A stretch of DNA of 49,645 nt, from assembly GCA_964343975.1 (NCBI GenBank), contig CAYFLU010000005.1, forward strand, positions 1-49,645, written 5' to 3'. This DNA is from an uncultured Solibacteraceae bacterium. Its GTDB lineage: Bacteria > Acidobacteriota > Vicinamibacteria > Vicinamibacterales > SCN-69-37. A program made the position numbers and the translations under genes. Below are positions 9,901 to 15,775 of the stretch, in pieces (within the stretch, counting starts at the first letter, position 1; the number at the start of each line of letters is the position of its first letter). The notes under the pieces were generated by a model. That model did not search any database. It worked only from the letters and a program-made list of their open reading frames with translations, and was not told where the DNA came from.

Positions 9901-9930
9901 GAGCGCACGCCAGGAAGAACGGAGCCTCAT
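6916..9930 (-). CDS. S9-family serine peptidase (prolyl oligopeptidase / dipeptidyl aminopeptidase type) with an N-terminal propeller and signal peptide
   Basis: The C-terminal alpha/beta hydrolase domain has GIQGHSWGGYQ (GxSxGG nucleophile elbow) and a later DDAV and HG(L) region. The start is set at ATG 9930 (MRLRSSWRALVVVGVACAMFTVSP), preceded by GGAGGAGG. The upstream part of track ORF 6916..10338 translates the GTGCGAA repeat and was rejected. Confidence 0.85.
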   Translation of the reverse strand: MRLRSSWRALVVVGVACAMFTVSPVRTGAQSPTKKPLTYDVMDAWRSIAGTRLSNDGQWLAYAVTAQADDGELIVRNLKSGQEYKQPRGTAPQFTADGKFLLFTIVPPKADTPAAEGEGGGGAAAAAPAGGRGGAGGGGNDRNSLGIMNMADGKVTTIDRVGSFRLAEEASTYVVYRKGAAQGAGRGGRAGGAAGRAGGAAGGGRAGGAAAPAAAAAEPAAQGEGGATPASPEKTKTAGTDLVIRDLATGQETTIAEVNNYEFNKTGSWLAYTVSSTKAENDGAFARKMSDGSVVNLQKGKGNYKSLAWDTAGTQIAFLSDQAEYDKKVSPYRLYYWKVGDAAAQELASAATKGIAAGHVVSDNFAPRFTEDGQRLMLGTAPAPPPPADPAVKAPTPTKVDLWSYKDAQIQPMQQVRAQQERTRNYRAIVHLATKQFVQLATADLPTVNPGLDPNRAIGTSDLPYQQEISWDTTYNDVSLVDLKTGARRKILEHFNGNATLSPGGGYVLYFDEPKGNWFTYRIADGTRTNLTERLPVKFFDEGHDTPDLPPSLGSAGWTDGDKTVLLYDEFDVWEVKPDGTGARMITGGEGRKQHLTFRYRVPLDVESPRTVVTTKPLLLSTTNKDTKATGYYRVNYAGGTPEKIVMIDKRIGPLTKAKNADVVVFTEQRFSEFPDLWVSDSNFTTPKKVSNVNPQQADYVMGNAEVMKYINGDGKVLESLLIKPENFDPNKKYPLMVYIYEELADGLHGYVAPNVGTSINIQRYVSQGYIVLEPNIVYETGYPGPSAMKCVIPAINTVVEKGYIDPKRIGIQGHSWGGYQITYMITQTNIFRAVEAGASVSNMISAYGGIRWGTGMVREFQYEKTQSRIGAAPWDAPLQFIENSPIFWIERINTPYLTIHNDADDAVPWYQGIEFNTAMRRLGKEAYMFSFNGEPHGLRNRDNMKYWTVHMDEFFDHYLLGKPRPEWMDKGVPFLQKGTRDVAPLFKTAAQKAAEAKKASEKK

Positions 9931-9990
9931 GGGTTGGACCTCCTCCAACGACCGGGAACGGAAAAGCGGCCTATGATCGCACAGTTGAAA

Positions 9991-10138
9991 GTGCGAAGGT
10001 GCGAGGGTGCGGATGGCTTCGCCTGGAGGTGCCGACGTGCAGAGTGCGAAAGTGCTTGAGGAAAGTGCGAAAGTGCGAAGGCAAAGTGCGAAAGTGCGAA
10101 GACAAAGTGCGAAAGTGCGGACAGTGCGATGGTGCGCG
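9991..10138. repeat. Array of GTGCG(A/G)(A/G/T) heptamers, including about 4 tandem 21-bp units (AAAGTGCGAAAGTGCGAAGNC)
   Basis: GTGCG copies start at 9991, 9999, 10007, 10044, 10065, 10073, 10086, 10094, 10107, 10115, 10124 and 10132, with variant GTGCTTG at 10052. Pairs are spaced 8 nt apart and recur every 21 nt from 10044 to 10128. The array fills the divergent intergenic region between the S9 peptidase and the DmpA-like gene. Confidence 0.9.
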
Positions 10139-11215
10139 GCGGCCGTGGGTCTCGTCATGGCCGGGGCCGTGCTGGCGCAGCCGCTCCGTCCGCGGGCGCG
10201 CGACCTTGGTCTGGCGCCGGGCACGTTTGCGCCGGGCGCGCTCAACGCCATAACCGATGTCCCCGGCGTGCTCGTTGGGCACACGACGCTCAGCACGCAG
10301 CCGACGGGCGTCACGGCGATCCTGCCGCATGGTGGCAACCTGTTTCAGCAGAAAGTGCCTGGCGCGGTGTTTGTCGGCAATGCCTTTGGCAAGCTCGCCG
10401 GCTCCACGCAGGTTGAAGAACTCGGCACCATCGAGACGCCCATCGTCCTGACCAACACCCTCGCGGTCGGCACCGCGATGGACGCGGTCGTTCGTTGGAC
10501 GCTGGCGCAGTCCGGAAATGAATCCGTGCGGTCGGTGAATGCGGTCGTCGGGGAAACCAACGACGGCACACTCAACGACATCCGCGCGCTGCCCGTGACG
10601 CGCGACCATGTGCTCGCGGCGATCGCGGCCGCCAAGACCGGGGCCGTGGAGGAAGGCGCGGTCGGAGCCGGCGCGGGGACGATCGCGTTTGGCTGGAAAG
10701 GCGGGATCGGTACCGCATCACGAAAAGTCGGCGCCGACACCGTCGGCGTGCTCGTGCAGACCAACTTCGGCGGCAAATTGACGATGGGCGGCGTGCCGGT
10801 GTGGCAGTCGCTCACACCGAATGCCGGGCGCGATCCGCTCGGCACCGCGGACGGCAGCTGCATGATCGTCGTCGCCACCGACGCCCCGGTGGATGCGAAG
10901 GCGCTGAAGCGTCTCGCGGCACGCGCGGTGTTTGCGCTCGCGCGGACCGGGTCCACCTACTCGAACGGCTCGGGCGATTTCGCGATCGCGTTTTCGACAT
11001 TCGCGGGCAATCGCGTCACGACGGCAACAGGCCCACAGGCGCGGACGACGCTCCCGACCGATGATCTGTCTCGCCTCTTCGAAGCCACGCTCGATGCGAC
11101 GGAAGAAGCCGTGTACAACTCGCTGCTGCGCGCCACCGACACGACCGCGAACGGACGCACGGTGCGCGCGATTCCGATCGACGCGCTGACGACGCTGTTG
11201 AAGGGCCGCCGCTGA
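10013..11215 (+). CDS. DmpA / S58 (P1) family aminopeptidase, Ser-nucleophile subtype, secreted
   Basis: GALNAITDVPGVLVGHTT and the predicted self-cleavage region DGSCMIVVATDAP are typical of the DmpA/BapA family. The start is ambiguous: ATG 10013 (GAGGG 6 nt upstream), GTG 10124 (gives MRWCAAAVGLVMAGAVLAQP, a clean signal peptide) or ATG 10157. The first 37 codons of the long version are encoded by the GTGCGAA repeat. Confidence 0.8.
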   Translation: MASPGGADVQSAKVLEESAKVRRQSAKVRRQSAKVRTVRWCAAAVGLVMAGAVLAQPLRPRARDLGLAPGTFAPGALNAITDVPGVLVGHTTLSTQPTGVTAILPHGGNLFQQKVPGAVFVGNAFGKLAGSTQVEELGTIETPIVLTNTLAVGTAMDAVVRWTLAQSGNESVRSVNAVVGETNDGTLNDIRALPVTRDHVLAAIAAAKTGAVEEGAVGAGAGTIAFGWKGGIGTASRKVGADTVGVLVQTNFGGKLTMGGVPVWQSLTPNAGRDPLGTADGSCMIVVATDAPVDAKALKRLAARAVFALARTGSTYSNGSGDFAIAFSTFAGNRVTTATGPQARTTLPTDDLSRLFEATLDATEEAVYNSLLRATDTTANGRTVRAIPIDALTTLLKGRR

Positions 11216-11219
11216 CGCG

Positions 11220-13160
11220 ATGTCCGTGCTCCTGATCCAGCCCCCGCTCTGCGATCCGTCGCGGCCGCATCCGGCCATCGCGACGCTTGCGGGGTTTTTG
11301 CAGGCGCGCGGCGAGACGGTGGCGCTCGAGGATGCGAGCATTGCGCTGCTCCTGCGCGTGTTCAGCGCCGACGGCGTCCGCGACATCGCGGCCGTCGCGG
11401 CCGCGTCGTCGCATCCGCTGGCGCAGGCGTTCGTGGCGCGTGCCGATGCGTATGCACGCGCGATAGAGCTGGCGGTGGCGTGTGTGCAAGGCCACGACGC
11501 GGGCGCCCGGCTCCTGGCCACGCGCCCGCAGGCGTTTCCACCGCCGCTGCAGCCGTCATCGCAATGGGCGTTCGGCGCCTACTATGCGGTGCAGCGGCAT
11601 ACGCAGCTGCTCGGCCCGCTCACCGCCGAACAACGCGCGCGGGCCGCACGCGATGCGGACGTCACGTCGCTCGCCTTCGGCCAACTCGGCGACACCGACC
11701 GCGCGCGCATGGCCGCGAGCACGGTGCTGCACGACATCGCGGCCGTCATCCGCGTCGTGATCGATCCCGCATTCACGCTCGATGCGTATGCGGCGACACT
11801 CGCCGACGACCCGGCCACGTTCGCGCCGATCGCGGCCCAGCTCGACGCGTCATCGACGCTGCTCGATCGTTACATCGACGACATCGCCGACCGCATCGCC
11901 ACGTCGCACACACCGCGGCTGATCGGCTTCAGCATCCCCTTCCCCGGCAACGTCGTCGGCGCCCTCCGCATGGCGCGACGCATGCGGCAGCACCACCCGC
12001 GCGTGCCGATCGTCTGCGGCGGCGGCTGGATCAACACGCAACTCCGCGAGCTGCGCGATCCCGGCATCTTCGATCACGTCGACTTCCTCACGCTCGATGA
12101 CGGCGAGCAGCCGCTGCTGTGCCTGCTCGATCACCTCGCGGGCCGTCGTCCGCGCACGGCACTGAAGCGCACGTTCTACCGCGAAGACGGGGTGGTTCGT
12201 TACGCCGACGGCGCGCCTGAGCCTGACGTGCGGTTCACCGACACCGGCACACCGACCTACGGCACGCTGCCGCTCACCCGCTACTTGCCCTTGCGCCCGT
12301 CACTGCAGTCCTTCACGCCCATCGCGCCAGCACGATGGAATGCGCTGACGCTCGCGCACGGCTGCTATTGGAAGCGCTGCGCGTTCTGCGACACCGGCCT
12401 CGACTACATCCACCGCTACGATCTCGCGTCGGTCGACGTGCTGATCACGCGCATTCGCGCGCTCATCTCGGAGACCGGCAGCACCGCGTTTCACTTTGTC
12501 GACGAAGCGATGCCACCGGCGCTACTTGCGCGCCTGGCGGACCGCTTGCTTCAGGAGGATCTCCGCATCGCCTGGTGGGGCAACGCGCGGTTCGACGCCG
12601 CGCTGATCCCGCTCGCGCCGCGGCTCGCGGCTGCGGGTTGCATCGGCCTCACGGGCGGCCTCGAAGTGCCGGTCGAGCGATTGCTCGACCGCATCGGCAA
12701 GGGCGTGTCGCTCGCGCAGGCCGCACGCGTGTGCCAGGCGACGAGTGCGGCCGGTATCTTCACGCACGCCTATCTGATCTACGGCTTTCCGACGGAAACC
12801 GCGCAAGAGACGATCGACGGCCTGGAGTTCGTCCGTCAGATGTTTGCGGCCGGCTTCTTACAGTCCGCCTACTGGCACGACTTCGGCGTGACGGCGCACA
12901 GTCCCATGGCGGCGGCACCGGAGCGCTACGGCATCACACTCCGCCCGATGGGCGACCGGCCGTTCTCGCGCTACATCCTGCCGTTCGACGAGCCGGGCCG
13001 CATCGATCACGAGGCCTTTCACGCCGGGCTCGACCGCGCGGTGCAGCACTACCAACTCGGACTCGCGCTCGACGACACCGTCGACCGCTGGTTCGACTTC
13101 GCGGTGCCCGCGACCACGCTGCCGCGCGATTTCGTCGTACGCCTCATCGCCGACGCGTAA
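11220..13160 (+). CDS. Radical SAM protein with a split B12-binding-like N-terminal domain
   Basis: 646 aa. VLLIQPP...AIATLAGFLQARGETVAL is followed, after about 190 aa, by LIGFSIPFPGNVVGALRMARRMRQHHPRVPIVCGGG, which is B12-binding Rossmann-like. Then comes the cluster motif HGCYWKRCAFCD (CX4CX2C). The start lies 4 nt after the DmpA-like stop. Confidence 0.75.
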   Translation: MSVLLIQPPLCDPSRPHPAIATLAGFLQARGETVALEDASIALLLRVFSADGVRDIAAVAAASSHPLAQAFVARADAYARAIELAVACVQGHDAGARLLATRPQAFPPPLQPSSQWAFGAYYAVQRHTQLLGPLTAEQRARAARDADVTSLAFGQLGDTDRARMAASTVLHDIAAVIRVVIDPAFTLDAYAATLADDPATFAPIAAQLDASSTLLDRYIDDIADRIATSHTPRLIGFSIPFPGNVVGALRMARRMRQHHPRVPIVCGGGWINTQLRELRDPGIFDHVDFLTLDDGEQPLLCLLDHLAGRRPRTALKRTFYREDGVVRYADGAPEPDVRFTDTGTPTYGTLPLTRYLPLRPSLQSFTPIAPARWNALTLAHGCYWKRCAFCDTGLDYIHRYDLASVDVLITRIRALISETGSTAFHFVDEAMPPALLARLADRLLQEDLRIAWWGNARFDAALIPLAPRLAAAGCIGLTGGLEVPVERLLDRIGKGVSLAQAARVCQATSAAGIFTHAYLIYGFPTETAQETIDGLEFVRQMFAAGFLQSAYWHDFGVTAHSPMAAAPERYGITLRPMGDRPFSRYILPFDEPGRIDHEAFHAGLDRAVQHYQLGLALDDTVDRWFDFAVPATTLPRDFVVRLIADA

Positions 13161-13164
13161 GGCG

Positions 13165-14289
13165 CTACGGCGTGCCGTCGAGGAGCGTCTCGAGCTTCTC
13201 GTTGCGCGGTCCCTGCGCGTCGCACACGGAGAACGTCAACCGCCCGCCGGGGTTGTACATCGTCACGCCGGCGTACTCGCCCTTCTTGTTCAGGATGTAG
13301 AAGTTGATGTTGAAGTTCGGCAGGCCGCGATCGTTCAGAAGGCGCTTATCGACCACGCTCTTCTGGATCCGCTTGAGCGCGGTCATGCCCGCGTCTTTCG
13401 GCGAAGCGCCACGACGCATCTCGTCGACGATCAGAAACGACGACAGATTGTAGAGATTGGACTCGCCGCGCCCCGTGGAGCCCGCCGCGCCGACTTCGTT
13501 GTCGAGCCACAGCCCCGCGCCGAGAATCGGCGAATCGCCGAGGCGGCCCGGAATTTTCCACGCCATCCCGCTCGTGGTCGTCACACCGCAGATGTCGCCT
13601 GCCGCGTTGACGCCATTGCAGTTGATCGTGCCCCAGAAGTGGTTTTCGTTGATGTAGCCGTCGGCGATCATCTGGTCGATGACCTTCCGCTCGGCCGCCG
13701 CGCGCGCCACGGGATCCTTGATGTAGTGCAGCGGATCGGTCTGCGCTTTCCATTCGAGCCACGCCTTGCGCGAGGCGGGCGTGTTCAGGTCCGGCAGCAC
13801 CTCAAAGCCCATGCGCCGCGCGAACTCCGTGGCGTCCTTGCCGACGATCAGATGGTGATCGGTGTGCTCCATCACGGCTTTGGCGACGAGCGACGGCGTC
13901 TTCACGCCCTCGATCGCGCCCACGGCGCCGGCCTTGCGACGCGGTCCGTGCATCACCGACGCGTCGAGCTGCACGATCCCGTCCGCGTTCGGCAGACCAC
14001 CGTAGCCCACGCTCGTGTCCGCCGGATCGAGTTCGACGATGTTGACGCCGGCAATGACGGCATCGAGCACGTCCGTGCCGCCCGTCATCAATTCAAACGC
14101 GTGCTGAACGCACGTCTTCGTGCCGCCGTTCTTGTAGCGATTGCCGTTGTCCGACGCGATGACCACCGGTTTCACAGGCGCTTGCACGAACACCTCCGGT
14201 CCAGACGCCGCGGCCAGCGGCTGCGCAGCGGCCGCCACACCGGCCGCAGCCGTGGCAGCAAGAAAATCCCGACGATCCACTTTCGGCAT
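13165..14289 (-). CDS. Ntn-hydrolase of the glycosylasparaginase / isoaspartyl peptidase-asparaginase family, Tat-exported
   Basis: The start is set at ATG 14289 (AAGGAG upstream). The twin-arginine signal is MPKVDRRDFLAATAAAGVAAAA. Family motifs present are GTINCNGV, TTTSGMAWKIPGRLGDSPILGAGLW and GAAGSTGRGE. Confidence 0.8.
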   Translation of the reverse strand: MPKVDRRDFLAATAAAGVAAAAQPLAAASGPEVFVQAPVKPVVIASDNGNRYKNGGTKTCVQHAFELMTGGTDVLDAVIAGVNIVELDPADTSVGYGGLPNADGIVQLDASVMHGPRRKAGAVGAIEGVKTPSLVAKAVMEHTDHHLIVGKDATEFARRMGFEVLPDLNTPASRKAWLEWKAQTDPLHYIKDPVARAAAERKVIDQMIADGYINENHFWGTINCNGVNAAGDICGVTTTSGMAWKIPGRLGDSPILGAGLWLDNEVGAAGSTGRGESNLYNLSSFLIVDEMRRGASPKDAGMTALKRIQKSVVDKRLLNDRGLPNFNINFYILNKKGEYAGVTMYNPGGRLTFSVCDAQGPRNEKLETLLDGTP

Positions 14290-14356
14290 GGCGACTCCTT
14301 CGGTCGCCGAGTCTACCAAGAGGACCGCCGTCGCAACAGCGTTGAGCCATGCCAAT

Positions 14357-14711
14357 CAACACGGAGACACTGAGGCGCGGAGAACCCAACTAGGTTGGAA
14401 GGCCACACGGAGGCACAGAGACGGGGAGAACCCCAACCAAATTGGAAAACCCACACGGAGGCACCGAGACGCGGAGAACCCCAACCAAATTGGAAAGCCA
14501 CACGGAGACGCGGAGACGCGGAGAACCCCAGCCAGATTGGAAAGCCACACCGAGATGGGGAGCCTCGGAGGATTGCGCCCCACTTGTCGTGAGGCCCTAT
14601 CTGGTATGTCCCCGTGCCTCCGTGTGGGTTTACCCCAGGAGGTCTTCGTGTCTCCGCGCCTCCGTGTTGCCTTCCCGCAAGAGTCTCTGTGCCTCGGTGT
14701 CTCCGTGTTGG
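14357..14711. repeat. Composite repeat array: 5 forward ~47-bp units followed by 3 reverse-orientation units (unit = three CACGGAGN octamers plus a CCAA..TTGG mini-hairpin)
   Basis: Forward units start at 14357, 14404, 14452, 14499 and 14546 (degenerate), for example CACACGGAGGCACCGAGACGCGGAGAACCCCAACCAAATTGGAAAGC. Reverse copies are at 14612-14627 (partial), 14627-14669 and 14671-14711 (CTCCGTG-type). The array occupies nearly all of the divergent intergenic region from 14290 to 14729. Confidence 0.9.
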
Positions 14712-14729
14712 TTTTCGATCTGATAGCAT

Positions 14730-15734
14730 TTGCCCTTCGTGACTGCCCGCCACATCTCGCTCCAGACCGTTGAAGCGGCGCGCGACCGTGTGTATCGCGT
14801 TGCCCGGCGGACGCCCCTTGTGAAACTCGATCCGGTCAGCCGGGACCTCCCCGAGATCTACCTCAAACTCGAGGTCTTCCAGCCGATCGGCTCGTTCAAG
14901 ATCCGCGGCGCGGCCAATGCCGTCGGCAAGCTCAGTGCCGCCGAACTGCGCGACGGCGTGTGGACGGTAAGCGCGGGCAACGCCGCGCAGGGCGTGGCGC
15001 TCGCCGCGCGCGAGGCCGGCGTGCCGGCCTCGGTGCTCGTGATGGACACGGCGCCCGCGGCCAAGATCAACGCCATCCGCCGGCTCGGCGCGACGATCGT
15101 GCAGGACACGTACGACGAATGCTGGAAGGCCGTGGAATCGCACGCCTCCCCGCGCATGAGCGGCCGCATGGTCCATCCGTTCGACGATGACGACTTCATC
15201 AGCGGAAACGGCACGGCGGCACTCGAAATTCTCGAAGACCTGCCGGATGTCGATGCCGTGGTCGCCGCGATTGGCGGCGGTGGTCTCCTCGCGGGTCTGG
15301 GCTGCGTGATGCACGCGGCCAAGCCGTCGTGCGCCGTCATCGCGGCCGAGCCGGAAACCGCGGCGCCGCTGTCGTTGTCGCTCGCGGCCGGCGCTCCGCT
15401 CCGGTTCGAGCAGTGGCAGTCGTCGTTCGTCGACGGCGCCGGCGGCAAATCGGTGCTGCCGTCGATGTGGCCGCTGCTGCAGGCGTGGGTGCAACAGAGC
15501 GTGGTTGTGTCGCTCGCCGACACCGCGCACGCGCTCAAGCTCGCCGCGGAACGGTGTCACGTCATTGCGGAAGGCGCCGGCGCCTGCGCCATCGCCGCCG
15601 CCCTGTCGCCCGCCGTCCGCGAGAAGGGCTACAAAAAAATCGTCGCCGTGGTCTCGGGCGGCAACATCGACCTCACCCGCTTCGCGTCGCTCGTCGGCGC
15701 GTGTCCGAGTGCCGGAGACGCCCGCTCGCTCTAG
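14730..15734 (+). CDS. PLP-dependent threonine/serine dehydratase family enzyme (fold type II; serine racemase / threonine ammonia-lyase-like)
   Basis: Contains LKLEVFQPIGSFKIRGA (PLP lysine motif) and the glycine loop GGGGLLAG. Start candidates are TTG 14730 and GTG 14739. Confidence 0.8.
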   Translation: MPFVTARHISLQTVEAARDRVYRVARRTPLVKLDPVSRDLPEIYLKLEVFQPIGSFKIRGAANAVGKLSAAELRDGVWTVSAGNAAQGVALAAREAGVPASVLVMDTAPAAKINAIRRLGATIVQDTYDECWKAVESHASPRMSGRMVHPFDDDDFISGNGTAALEILEDLPDVDAVVAAIGGGGLLAGLGCVMHAAKPSCAVIAAEPETAAPLSLSLAAGAPLRFEQWQSSFVDGAGGKSVLPSMWPLLQAWVQQSVVVSLADTAHALKLAAERCHVIAEGAGACAIAAALSPAVREKGYKKIVAVVSGGNIDLTRFASLVGACPSAGDARSL

Positions 15735-15775
15735 TCCGTGCACCTGTTCCAGGCACTCCAGGAGTCTTTCGACCG

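Noticed and set aside
6709-10059. 1116-aa ORF on the plus strand
   Set aside because: It is antisense to the well-supported S9 peptidase gene. Its composition is extremely Arg/Ala/His/Leu-rich with no recognisable motifs, which is typical of a shadow ORF in high-GC DNA.
14356-14592. Small ORFs inside the repeat block (75 aa on the minus strand, 65 aa and 93 aa on the plus strand) that encode repetitive peptides
   Set aside because: Their sequences are direct translations of the tandem DNA repeat in several frames and on both strands. There are no ribosome-binding sites and no coding bias beyond the repeat itself.
14357-14711. Possible CRISPR array
   Set aside because: Whole ~47-bp units are repeated with no interspersed unique spacers. 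The units change orientation within the block, and no cas genes are present in the window.
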